From assembly GCA_044229845.1 (NCBI GenBank), contig JBGASG010000001.1:640001-704000 (forward strand): a stretch of DNA of 64,000 bases, read 5' to 3'. The notes beneath the pieces are model-generated. The model saw nothing but the letters and a program-made list of their open reading frames with translations, searched no databases and was not told where the DNA came from. Below are positions 1 through 9,219 of the stretch, piece by piece. The stretch comes from Candidatus Obscuribacteraceae bacterium (GTDB lineage: Bacteria > Cyanobacteriota > Vampirovibrionia > Obscuribacterales > Obscuribacteraceae). Both the position numbers and the translations under genes were made by a program. Each line of letters starts with the position of its first letter. The stretch's first letter is position 1.

Positions 1-292
1 TCTTGTTGGAGCGGTCGGCATCGGTGCCTTCTATATAGCGTGCCGACTTGATGCCGGGACGTCCGTTCAGTGCTTCAATGATCAGTCCCGAGTCGTCGGC
101 GACGGAGGTCATGCCCGACGCCAGTGCGGCAGCTTTGGCTTTGATGCGGGCGTTTTCGACGAAGGTGGTGCCGGTTTCTTTCGGGTTGAAACCGTCCGGT
201 GCCAGCTGTAATTCCAACCAGGGTTCCTCGCCGGCCAGCTCGGAAAACTCGCGCAGCTTGTTCTGATTGTTGGTGGCGATGACGACTCTCAT
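1..292 (-). CDS. rdgB: Non-canonical purine NTP pyrophosphatase (RdgB/HAM1 family), 5' part; runs off the window start
   Basis: Not in the ORF track. Manual translation from ATG 292: MRVVIATNNQNKLREF...ETGTTFVENARIKA...ADDSGLIIEALNGRPGIKSARY, with HAM1 motifs AT.N..K, ENA..KA, DDSGL, G.PG..SAR. ATG overlaps the upstream stop (ATGA). Confidence 0.93.
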   Translation of the reverse strand, partial: MRVVIATNNQNKLREFSELAGEEPWLELQLAPDGFNPKETGTTFVENARIKAKAAALASGMTSVADDSGLIIEALNGRPGIKSARYIEGTDADRSNK

Positions 293-2724
293 TCGCGCGA
301 TTTTGAGTTGAACCTCTTGGCGCCGCCTTTGGGAAGCTCAGCCACATTGTTGCGTGCCGCTCTGGTGGCTGTTCGCTTGCGATGATTCTGCCGCTGCACG
401 TGCAGCACATCGCTTATTTGTCCGATCACATTCGAGATGTGGTTCAGGTGATTGATGTCTTTGACGTCGAGAATCAAATGAATGGTGGCGGTGCGCTGCT
501 GTGGATGGGTCTCCACGCGCAGGTCGCTCAAGTTGACGTTGTTGTCGGAGACTTTTTTCAAGATATCACTGGCGATACCAACGCGATCGAGGCATTCCAC
601 TTGCAGGTAAGCCGGGTAGTTGCTGCCCTGCTCTTTCGACCAGTCAAGTTCCATCTGCCGGTCTTTCTCGACCCGCAGGAGATTGACGCAGTCGTCGCGG
701 TGGACGGCGATGCCGGAGCCGCGTGTGACAACGCCGAGAATCGCTTCGCCTGGCACCGGCGAGCAGCACTGAGCCAGATGGTGCAGCAAACCGCTCAGGC
801 TGGAGACATTGCTTTGCTTGCGTTGTTCCGCCGGCAGCGGGGAGAAACTGACTTCTTTCTTCTTATCTGCCTGTTCTTGCTCGCGAATGCGGTTGGCAAT
901 TTGCGAAATGGACAGATCGCCGTAGCCGAGCGCCGCCAGAATGTCATCCGGATCGCTGATATTCAGCTTGCGGCCGGCTTCTCTGAACTTGTCGGAACGC
1001 AGCAGATCGTCAAAACCGGCTTTGCCGAATTCAGCTTCCAGCATTGACCGGCCCTGCTGAATGTGTTCTTCACGGTGGTGTTTCTTGAACCACTGACGAA
1101 TGCGACTCTTGGCTGAATGGGTCTTGGCGATGTTGAGCCAGTCCAGACGCGGGTGAGCGTTTTTGGAGGTGATGATTTCGACAATGTCGCCGTTTTTCAA
1201 AGACGTGGTCAGCGGCACGATGCGGTCGTTGACGCGGGCTCCGGTGCAATGATTGCCCACTTCGGTGTGGACGCGATAAGCGAAATCGATGGGAGTCGAT
1301 GTGGTCGGCAAATCGAATACATCGCCGGCCGGACTGAATACGAACACCTCGTCCTGGAAGAGGTCCATCTTCACCGTGTCGAGGTATTCACGCGCATCTT
1401 TGAGGTCTGCCTGCCATTCGACGAGTTGGCGCAGCCAGCCCAGTTTTCTTTCCGATTGCGAATCGGAAATCACAGAAGAGCCTGATTCTTTGTATTTCCA
1501 GTGCGCGGCGATACCGTACTCGGCCACGTGGTGCATGCGTCGCGTACGAATTTGAATTTCGATCGGTTTACCGGAAGGTCCCATGATTGCCGTGTGCAGC
1601 GATTGATAGCTGTTCGGCTTGGGCATGGCGATGTAGTCTTTGAAGCGTCCGGGAATCGGGCGGAACACAGAGTGCACCATGCCCATCACTTCGTAGCACT
1701 TCTGCGTGTCGGGATCCGACGCTAGTTCGCAGTAGTTTTTGTCCTCGTCGCTGTCGATAATGACGCGTACAGCCAGAAGATCGTAGAGTTCTTCATAGAC
1801 TTTCGCCTGCGTCTTCATCTTTTTCCAGATGCCGAACAGGTGTTTCGGGCGGCCGAAAATTTCCGCCCGGATGTTCTTCGCTTCCAGCTCGGTGTGCAGT
1901 TTCTCAACTACTTCATTGATCAATGCTTCGCGATCAGTGCGTGTGTGCGCCACCAATTCTTCGATGTTGGTGAATTCATCGGGATGCAGATAGCGCAGAC
2001 TGAGATCTTCCAGTTCCCACTTGATGCGTCCCAAACCGAATCGGTTGGCCAGCGGCGCGTAAATCTCCAGAGTCTCCTGGGCGATCTCGGCTTGCTTGGT
2101 CGGTTTCATGTAATCGAGCGTGCGCATGTTGTGCAGGCGATCGCAAAGTTTAACCAGCACGACTCTGACGTCTTCAGCGATAGCCACGATCAGCTTGCGG
2201 AAGTTTTCCGCCTGCCGCTCTTCCTTTGATGAGAAACTGAATTTGCCCAGTTTCGTCACGCCTTCGACGATCTTGCGAATCTCGGCGCCGAAGTGCTGCT
2301 CCATCTCTTTGGCCTTGACGTCGCAGTCTTCCAGAACATCGTGCAAAAGTCCGGAGGCGATGGTGGCGACGTCGGCGTTCAACTCGGCAAGCAGCGTCGC
2401 CACTTCGGTCGGGTGAATGATGTACGGATCGTCGGACTTGCGCATTTGCCCGTCGTGACATTTGAAGGCAAACTCGTAAGCACTACGGATGGTATCAATG
2501 TCTTCCTGGCTGCGATTGAGCTTGCGCAGCACTTCGAAAAGCGGTTCGCCGATAGTTTCCAGCGATTTCTGTTTTTCGGGTGAGAGAACCATTTCCCATT
2601 TCGGCGTCTTACACTGAGCGCTGTCTTTGTCGGCAGCCGTCGGATGCTCAGTAGACGAGGGCGCCAACTGGGGTGGCGTTATGGCTGGTTGTGCGGAGTC
2701 AGGTTTGGGCTTCGCTTTGGCCAT
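289..2724 (-). CDS. relA: Long bifunctional (p)ppGpp synthetase/hydrolase (RelA/SpoT homolog)
   Basis: HD hydrolase motif LLHDVLED, DRLHNMRTL, synthetase KDYIAMPKPNSYQSLHT and EIQIRT, TGS (TPIDFAYRVHTEVG), CC domain (AQCCSPVPG), C-terminal ACT. Confidence 0.97.
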   Translation of the reverse strand: MAKAKPKPDSAQPAITPPQLAPSSTEHPTAADKDSAQCKTPKWEMVLSPEKQKSLETIGEPLFEVLRKLNRSQEDIDTIRSAYEFAFKCHDGQMRKSDDPYIIHPTEVATLLAELNADVATIASGLLHDVLEDCDVKAKEMEQHFGAEIRKIVEGVTKLGKFSFSSKEERQAENFRKLIVAIAEDVRVVLVKLCDRLHNMRTLDYMKPTKQAEIAQETLEIYAPLANRFGLGRIKWELEDLSLRYLHPDEFTNIEELVAHTRTDREALINEVVEKLHTELEAKNIRAEIFGRPKHLFGIWKKMKTQAKVYEELYDLLAVRVIIDSDEDKNYCELASDPDTQKCYEVMGMVHSVFRPIPGRFKDYIAMPKPNSYQSLHTAIMGPSGKPIEIQIRTRRMHHVAEYGIAAHWKYKESGSSVISDSQSERKLGWLRQLVEWQADLKDAREYLDTVKMDLFQDEVFVFSPAGDVFDLPTTSTPIDFAYRVHTEVGNHCTGARVNDRIVPLTTSLKNGDIVEIITSKNAHPRLDWLNIAKTHSAKSRIRQWFKKHHREEHIQQGRSMLEAEFGKAGFDDLLRSDKFREAGRKLNISDPDDILAALGYGDLSISQIANRIREQEQADKKKEVSFSPLPAEQRKQSNVSSLSGLLHHLAQCCSPVPGEAILGVVTRGSGIAVHRDDCVNLLRVEKDRQMELDWSKEQGSNYPAYLQVECLDRVGIASDILKKVSDNNVNLSDLRVETHPQQRTATIHLILDVKDINHLNHISNVIGQISDVLHVQRQNHRKRTATRAARNNVAELPKGGAKRFNSKSRE

Positions 2725-2894
2725 CGACTGGCAGTGCCTTTCGGTCCTGGGAAATGCATATGTCTCAAGAAAACGCAGTACCTTCGCCCGGGTCGCTCGC
2801 TAAGCTGTCGAGAGAAGATCCACGAAATTTAATGAAGATTATACATTTGGCCCCGTCCAACTCCAATAAGAAGTTGCGGGATTGAAACACGGCG

Positions 2895-3752
2895 CTAGTG
2901 CGGCGGTTGCGTATTGAATGCGTTGCCGAACGGATTGCCCTGCGGGCCCCAGTAGTCGCGCGGTCCAGGCTCGCTCTGGGGCACGGTTACAGGCAATGTG
3001 CTGGGCGAGGTCTGGGCGTAATAGCTGCCCGAAGCGGTCGAGTCGACCGTGGAAGGGGCGTAGTAGTTGCCCGATGGCTTGCTGGGCTGTAGCTGATACA
3101 CGGCCGGGCGTCCCATGTTTCCCATGTCGTACATGTTGTTGGCAGGGCGCCAGGCATTGCCGAAACTGGCACCGCCGCCGCCTGGAAACGGGCTCCAGCC
3201 GCCATATCCACCCATGGAAGAAACGCCCGGAACGCTCGGGATGCCGCCGAAGCCGCCCAGTGGCGAGCCGCCGGTGAAACCGCGAAGCAGCGATGACAAT
3301 CCCAGGGATGGCATACCGCCGCCCAGGGCGCCCAGAGACCAACCCGGCTGTCCCAGTCCCGGCATCTGTTGCCCGGAGCCGCCGTACCAGGCGCCGGCCT
3401 GTCGGGGATTAAAACTGAAATCGCCCGGCTGGGGGTTGCTGTAAAGCTCGAGTGGGCGCTGATAAACAGGCGGCATGAAAGTCTGGGGCACCACAATCGT
3501 GCCCGACTGCCCGCCTGCCTGCCCGTAGTAGTTGCCACTGTAGTCGCCGGTCACCGCTGCTCCTGAGGGAGCCGACAAACCTCGGTCTGCGGCACCCGCT
3601 TTTTGTTCGCTCTTTACGAAACGCTCCCAGATCTGCTGGTCGCGCGCATCGGCTCCGACCGGGGCGCCGTCGTCCGCATGCACGGGGGCGACCGCCGATA
3701 ATGCGGTCAACGAAAAAAGTAGGGCGAGTGGCGATCTGACTCTCACGCTCAT
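2895..3752 (-). CDS. Hypothetical exported Gly/Pro/aromatic-rich low-complexity protein
   Basis: GTG start after GAGGAGG SD; signal peptide ending VHA-DD; Gly-rich centre; no recognisable family. Confidence 0.75.
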   Translation of the reverse strand: MSVRVRSPLALLFSLTALSAVAPVHADDGAPVGADARDQQIWERFVKSEQKAGAADRGLSAPSGAAVTGDYSGNYYGQAGGQSGTIVVPQTFMPPVYQRPLELYSNPQPGDFSFNPRQAGAWYGGSGQQMPGLGQPGWSLGALGGGMPSLGLSSLLRGFTGGSPLGGFGGIPSVPGVSSMGGYGGWSPFPGGGGASFGNAWRPANNMYDMGNMGRPAVYQLQPSKPSGNYYAPSTVDSTASGSYYAQTSPSTLPVTVPQSEPGPRDYWGPQGNPFGNAFNTQPPH

Positions 3753-3799
3753 TCCTCCTCAGACCTGCCCGGGCACTATTTTCATATGCCCGGTTTGGT

Positions 3800-4780
3800 C
3801 TATTTTGCGGTCGAGGCTTTGGCGCCTGCCTTCACTTCGGTTTGCTGGCGACTGCCCTCATAGACCGGCGTCAGCCACTTCGAGTATTTGGGCACCTTGC
3901 CTTTGCAGATATCCAGATACATGTCGGTGATCTTGGTCGAAACCTCACCGGCTTTGCCTGTGCCGACCGGGCGCTTATCGACTTCGACAATCGGTGCGAT
4001 TTGCGCGCCGGTGCCGCAGAAGAAAAGCTCATCGGCGGTGTAGAGCTCGCTGCGATCGACGGTGCGTGTCACCGTTTTCAGCCCCAACTCTGCTTCAGCA
4101 AACTCCATGATCGAAGCCCGCGTGATGCCTTCCAGAATATTCTCGGAAATGGGCGTTGTGATCAGATGTCCGCGCTTGACCATAAACAGATTCATCGCGC
4201 TGCCTTCCGAGACATGTCCGTTTTCGGACAGCACGATGCACTCGTCAAAGCCGGCGAGAATGGCATCGGTTTTGGCAAGCGCAGTGTTGGCATACGCGCC
4301 GACAATTTTTGCGCGCGCCGGAATCGCGTTGTCTTCAACGCGGCGCCAACTCGAAACCTGTACTTTCAATCCACCGGCACCATGGAAGTAATCGCCGAAA
4401 CCGACGGTGAACATGCAGAACTCAGTGGGGTTATTTTCCAGGCTGGGTCCGATGCGAACTCCCGCTTTGTAAGCCGCTGGACGTATGTAGGTGTCACCGG
4501 TGGGTGCATTCTTGCGCAGCAGTTCGACGGTCAGACGACACAACTCGTCGACCGAATATTTGACTTCCAGATGCATGATTTTCATGCTGTCCATCATGCG
4601 CTCGAAGTGTTCGCGCAGGCGGAATACGTACATCTCTTCGTGTTCTTTGTTGTAGTAACCGCGAATGCCTTCAAAGACAGCGGTGCCATACATGAACGCG
4701 CTGCACATGATGTTGACGTTCGCTTCTTCCAGGGGCACGAAGTTGCCTTTGAAAAAGGCGTAGTGTTTGGCTTGCGTCAA
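3800..4780 (-). CDS. ilvE: Branched-chain amino acid aminotransferase (PLP class IV)
   Basis: YGTAVFEGIRGY, AKIVGAY (PLP lysine), EGSAMNLF, LEGITR, FFCGTGAQI; TTG start with GAGGAG SD. Confidence 0.95.
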   Translation of the reverse strand: MTQAKHYAFFKGNFVPLEEANVNIMCSAFMYGTAVFEGIRGYYNKEHEEMYVFRLREHFERMMDSMKIMHLEVKYSVDELCRLTVELLRKNAPTGDTYIRPAAYKAGVRIGPSLENNPTEFCMFTVGFGDYFHGAGGLKVQVSSWRRVEDNAIPARAKIVGAYANTALAKTDAILAGFDECIVLSENGHVSEGSAMNLFMVKRGHLITTPISENILEGITRASIMEFAEAELGLKTVTRTVDRSELYTADELFFCGTGAQIAPIVEVDKRPVGTGKAGEVSTKITDMYLDICKGKVPKYSKWLTPVYEGSRQQTEVKAGAKASTAK

Positions 4781-4811
4781 GACCTGGTCTCCTCTGCGGG
4801 TTTAGGGGTGA

Positions 4812-5270
4812 TTAGTCGGATAGCTGTTCGCGGCAAAACTTGATGCGGTCAGAGACCGAATTGCGCTTTGTGGAGGTGGGCACAATCTGCAAATACTTTT
4901 CGAAGTTGTCTGCGGCCTGCGCATACTCCTTATCGATTTGCTGGATGGAAGCCAGCTCGTAATACGCTTCTCCACCACCTGGATCAAGTTGAATCGAGCG
5001 CTGGAATTCGCCCTTTGCTTCGCCGGTTTTGCCTTTCTTTTTGAGAGCCATGCCCAGGCAGATGTGAGGCGGACCGGCTTCTGGATTTTTGCCGATGATC
5101 TCGCTCAGAATGGCGATCGCTTTATCGGGATCACCGCGCTCGATCCAGTCGTACGAAGGCTTCAACTTGCTATCCCAGTCAATCACTTTCGATTTCTTGG
5201 CGACGGCTGTCGAAGAGGAAAGAGCGAGAATGACGAGCAGGGTAAACAGGACTCTGGCGAATTTCAGCAT
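4812..5270 (-). CDS. Exported TPR protein
   Basis: Signal peptide, about three TPR-like repeats (HICLGMAL, AYYELASI), GGAG SD. Confidence 0.85.
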   Translation of the reverse strand: MLKFARVLFTLLVILALSSSTAVAKKSKVIDWDSKLKPSYDWIERGDPDKAIAILSEIIGKNPEAGPPHICLGMALKKKGKTGEAKGEFQRSIQLDPGGGEAYYELASIQQIDKEYAQAADNFEKYLQIVPTSTKRNSVSDRIKFCREQLSD

Positions 5271-5291
5271 TGGTTCTCCTGTCTGACTTGG

Positions 5292-5323
5292 AAAAAACCG
5301 GGGCGACTTGCGCCGCCCCTTTT
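5292..5323 (-). terminator. Intrinsic terminator downstream of the CsgG-family gene
   Basis: Minus strand GGGGCGGC-GCAA-GTCGCCCC (GNRA loop) followed by GGTTTTTT. Confidence 0.8.
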
Positions 5324-5337
5324 GTTTGAGTTTCCTA

Positions 5338-6360
5338 TTACTTGGCGCCGCCGTTCAGGATGACGGCCGACACATCTGTGGTCACCTTCTTCACGGTATC
5401 ACCGACCACGGCGCTGCCTTTGGTGAGAGTGCCGGTCGACATGTCAGGCTCGGCGGAATCGATATGAATGATGGCGACAGTGTTGGTGAGCGTTTTCAAA
5501 ACGCGTCCCGAAGCAGGATCCTTGACGGTCTTGTAAGCGCGTTCGACCTGGTAGTTATCGCCGGCCACTACGCCGTTTTTCTTGCCGACGTTGAGAATGA
5601 CCGTTCTGCCAGTGACGTCGGCTATCTTGCCTTCGACGTTTTGCGCGGCCAGCGACTGGTTGTCCGGGACTTTGGTGGAAGCGGCAACGAACTGGTCGGC
5701 GATGGCTTTTACGGCTTGCATGGTAGCCTCGCCGGCGATCGACGTGGCGAAGCCCGACATGTCATCACCGCTGGAGACACCCATGAAGGAACCGCCGCCG
5801 CTGCTGCGGGTGGATTCGCCGCTGCCCTGTCCGGCAGCCAGTACTTCCATGGTGTTGACGTCGATCATGCGAGCATCGACGGTGACATGGCAGCGACCTT
5901 TCGACTTGCGGCTGCTGAAGCCGCCGCCCAAGAAGCCGCCGACATAAGGGATATAGCCGGTTGGCAGACCGCTGACGCCAACGTTTTTGCTCTGGTTTTC
6001 GAAGCCGAATTGTGTGATCGTGCCGGTAATCATGGCGTCCACGCCCAGGATTTTACCGATCTTGGCGGCGGTTGTCGGGTCGCAGCGATCGCTGGTCGAC
6101 AGATTTTGCTCCTTCAGTACGGCGTCAAGCATCTGTCTGTCCACGATCGAGTAGGTTCCGTCATTGACGAGCAAGGTCACCAGCGAGCTGGTTACACCTT
6201 TGCTGACGTCGGCGGTGCTGACTTCGGTACTGACGCTGCCCACTTCAAAGGGCATGACAGCGACGCGCCGCTTCGAACCTGCCAAAGCCGGCGAATTCAG
6301 CAAGAGTCCTGCCACCATCAGTAGCGCCATCAACAAGGCACTGCTTTTGCGCACTTTCAT
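5338..6360 (-). CDS. CsgG/HfaB-family envelope protein with C-terminal FlgT-like beta domain
   Basis: Signal peptide; RVAVMPF, IVDRQMLDAVLKEQNL, AAKIGKILGVDAMITGTITQF, VDARMIDVNT.EV (CsgG-like); C-terminal VILNVGKKNGV..GD...V.R..K..KDP.SG.VL. Confidence 0.85.
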   Translation of the reverse strand: MKVRKSSALLMALLMVAGLLLNSPALAGSKRRVAVMPFEVGSVSTEVSTADVSKGVTSSLVTLLVNDGTYSIVDRQMLDAVLKEQNLSTSDRCDPTTAAKIGKILGVDAMITGTITQFGFENQSKNVGVSGLPTGYIPYVGGFLGGGFSSRKSKGRCHVTVDARMIDVNTMEVLAAGQGSGESTRSSGGGSFMGVSSGDDMSGFATSIAGEATMQAVKAIADQFVAASTKVPDNQSLAAQNVEGKIADVTGRTVILNVGKKNGVVAGDNYQVERAYKTVKDPASGRVLKTLTNTVAIIHIDSAEPDMSTGTLTKGSAVVGDTVKKVTTDVSAVILNGGAK

Positions 6361-6447
6361 GTCTCTCTCCTCAAATATTTCTCAGCTTTAATTCAAGTCT
6401 TGAGTAGCTCATATTGTATCCACAATGCGAGCCCACCGGGCCGTTCA

Positions 6448-7221
6448 CTACTTGCCGTTAAGCAACGACTTTTCCATCTGCAGAGCCTTCTGTTCGGCGG
6501 TATTGGCTTTTTGCTTGGCTTCTATCGCCTGAATCTTCGCTTGGTTTAATGATCCCTGCGAGGTGGTCCGCGGCTTGGGAGCTGGGCGCCTGCCGCCTCC
6601 GCGGGCGCGCAGCTCGGAAATCACCCGGCGAGCGCGGCGATACTGAGGAGAATCCGGCGAAATCTCGTTGAGTATGGCAATGGCCTCCGCAACACGACCG
6701 GAGCCAGCCAATTTGTATGCATCCACGACCTTCTGTCGGGTAGCCATCTCGATTTGCACTGCCATCATAATTTTGGGTGTGGCGCGGTCGACCAGAGCCG
6801 AAATGACCTCGCGGATGGCGCGATCTATGAGCACGCGATTCACGCCCTGTCCCGGCGAGACTGCAAAGTCCTGTTTGTTGACCATTGTGGAGACCGTGTC
6901 TACTACGTGTCCGTCAGTGGTCTTGATGGTCACCGTGCCGTTGACTCGCACTGCCATTTGCTGGAAATCGGTTTTGTCGAGGATGTTGCAAATAACGTAC
7001 CAGTCCGGATTGACCGTTGAGAGGGCGATGCTGGGATCGCCGCTGAGACGACCGTTGATGCCGTCCACAACCTCTTGTTCCATGCCGCTGCCGCCACCGG
7101 GAACGACGGCGATGCGCACCGTCGGCATCTGGGCGGACACCGGGCGTGTCCATTCCCAACTCGATACCATGACAAGGGCAGCCAGCGCCAGGGCTACAAC
7201 GATTACTCTGCGCACGTTCAA
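6448..7221 (-). CDS. Hypothetical exported protein
   Basis: TTG start with GGAGG SD; N-terminal hydrophobic signal; alpha/beta domain followed by a helical, basic tail. Confidence 0.75.
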   Translation of the reverse strand: MNVRRVIVVALALAALVMVSSWEWTRPVSAQMPTVRIAVVPGGGSGMEQEVVDGINGRLSGDPSIALSTVNPDWYVICNILDKTDFQQMAVRVNGTVTIKTTDGHVVDTVSTMVNKQDFAVSPGQGVNRVLIDRAIREVISALVDRATPKIMMAVQIEMATRQKVVDAYKLAGSGRVAEAIAILNEISPDSPQYRRARRVISELRARGGGRRPAPKPRTTSQGSLNQAKIQAIEAKQKANTAEQKALQMEKSLLNGK

Positions 7222-7344
7222 AACCTCCAGGATGTGCAGTCTCCGCAGCTCTATTCGCTACGAGACAACTGAGAAACAAGGCTCCTATGCAAAGGTACAT
7301 TCTGCACCTTTTGCCGATTTCCGGCATTAGAGGGGTCTAGAAAC

Positions 7345-8265
7345 TTATTGAACTTCGCAATTGGGCAAAGCCGTCTTCAGGCGCTGCATGCCTGCCGCCG
7401 AAATCAGGGAGTTGGAGACCAAAAGTTCGGTCAGCTGTTGCATGGTGCAGAGCACCGGCACCGCCTGATCGTTGACAGGTGTGCCGGAAAGCTCGATGGT
7501 ATGCAGGTTTTGCAGTTGCCGTAAATGTCCGAGGGTGGTCCCCTGAATCTGGGTGTTGGCCGCCCGCAACCAGCGCAAGTTTTTCAGTCGTGACAGATAG
7601 ACGACCCCGGCATCAGTCACCTGGGTGCCGTCTACATCGAGCACCTGCATGGAGTCTATGCAGCACACCTGGGCCAGTGAAGCGTCACCAATGGCGGTGC
7701 CTTCCAGATCGAGAATCTTGAGGCCCTTGAGCAGGCACAGATTGGAGATGGCCGTGTCACCAATTGCGGTGCGTTCCAGATCGAGCAATTCCAGGCTGTG
7801 GGACGCTCGCAAGTGATCCAGACAGTTGTCTCCGGCGCCGCTGCCGGCCAGAATCAGGCGCGCCAATCTCGGAAACTTGCTCAAGATCGTCAAACTGGCG
7901 TCCACGTCGCCCGGTTGTCCGGGCACCCAGGCTACCTCATCGCCCTTGCCGAACTTCATGACCTTGTGTGGTTTTATCTGACCCAGATCCAGTTCGTGCA
8001 GGTTTTGCAGACTGGTCAGATACGCCAGGTCGGCTATATTGACCCGCTGTGCGTAGAGAGAGAAGGTGTGAATATTGGCGGGGTCGATCTCTTGTATCCA
8101 ACCCAGGTTGACGGCGCCGTCGGCATTAACCGAGAGCTTCACCTGGGCGTCGTCATTGATCGAAACCACCTTGGTAGCCTGCCCGATATAGGTTGGCATA
8201 CCGCCGTTCAGCGAAAAGAGTTCGCCGACCGAATAGTTCTCTGGAAACGACAGCGTGCGTGTCAT
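7345..8265 (-). CDS. Leucine-rich repeat protein
   Basis: Repeated 24-aa LxxLxLxxTxIxD units (LELLDLERTAIGD, LKILDLEGTAIGD, MQVLDVDGTQVTD) and the C-cap LKTALPNCEV. Confidence 0.9.
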   Translation of the reverse strand: MTRTLSFPENYSVGELFSLNGGMPTYIGQATKVVSINDDAQVKLSVNADGAVNLGWIQEIDPANIHTFSLYAQRVNIADLAYLTSLQNLHELDLGQIKPHKVMKFGKGDEVAWVPGQPGDVDASLTILSKFPRLARLILAGSGAGDNCLDHLRASHSLELLDLERTAIGDTAISNLCLLKGLKILDLEGTAIGDASLAQVCCIDSMQVLDVDGTQVTDAGVVYLSRLKNLRWLRAANTQIQGTTLGHLRQLQNLHTIELSGTPVNDQAVPVLCTMQQLTELLVSNSLISAAGMQRLKTALPNCEVQ

Positions 8266-8388
8266 TGCACCAGTTTAGCAGCTATCGAGTCACGAATTTT
8301 TCACAACTGATCAGTTATATTCTGCCTGCCCTACTCACTATCTACGCGTATCCTCAGACTGGCGGCAAACGGTCGGCGCGCGTCAGAT

Positions 8389-9219
8389 ATGTCTGGTTCG
8401 GGCGGAGGCGCGATGAGTTGCCAGACGAAAAGAGCACAACCCGCACACGAACCGAAGTTTGTCGAATTCGCGCCGCTGCCTGATGTGAATCTGTCACATC
8501 CCGGCCGACGAGGAGTTCATATCGAGGTCATGCAGTACCGATGGCTTGACCAGAGTCGTCCAACCATTGTCGTTTTCGATAAATTCTCCTTCCCTGTATT
8601 TGAACTGCCGGCTGAAGATGCCATCGTCAGCCATGGACGGATCAGCGCCGACGCGGCGGAACGAAACGGCTATAACGTGATCCGCGTTGCCGAACTGAGC
8701 CCAGGTCCGCTCTTGCATCTGGAACTGGCTCTGCCTGAATTGATCTCATTTATAGATGACCAGACAGTGCCAGTCGGACGTGGCGACGTAGTCAACATCA
8801 GTGCTGTGAAATCCGTTCCATTTGCCGGTGCCGGCAAATTGTTGAAGCTGAATTTGACGGCCGAAAACGTCAAGGACATGGTGCCGCAGATTCTCGAGCG
8901 TCTGGAGCAGTTGCATCAAGATACGAAACAGCCGCGTGCGGTGCGCGAGTTCGCCCGCCGGCAGCTGGCATCAAATAGAGCTGTGCAACGCCTTTGCGCC
9001 ACCCAAGTCGAAGTGGTGGTTGCCGGTGGTAATGACGGCCCGGACTGGTTCAATATCGCCCTCCTGACTGCCACCACTCAACTGTCGGCGCGCGATGCAT
9101 CCGGTGCGATCGCGCCGTGGAGTGCCAACAATTCCCTGACGACGCCGGCTGACGGCGATTTTGAAATCCTTATGGAGCCTCACTCCTCGTTGATTCAGAC
9201 GCGAGGAGTTTCGTTGTGA
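8389..9219 (+). CDS. Subtilase (peptidase S8)-like protein, copy 1; ends immediately after the Ser motif
   Basis: IVVFD (Asp), SHGRISA (His), DVVNIS, VVVAGGNDG (oxyanion Asn), terminal TRGVSL*. Paralog of the next gene. Start could be 8413. Confidence 0.65.
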   Translation: MSGSGGGAMSCQTKRAQPAHEPKFVEFAPLPDVNLSHPGRRGVHIEVMQYRWLDQSRPTIVVFDKFSFPVFELPAEDAIVSHGRISADAAERNGYNVIRVAELSPGPLLHLELALPELISFIDDQTVPVGRGDVVNISAVKSVPFAGAGKLLKLNLTAENVKDMVPQILERLEQLHQDTKQPRAVREFARRQLASNRAVQRLCATQVEVVVAGGNDGPDWFNIALLTATTQLSARDASGAIAPWSANNSLTTPADGDFEILMEPHSSLIQTRGVSL

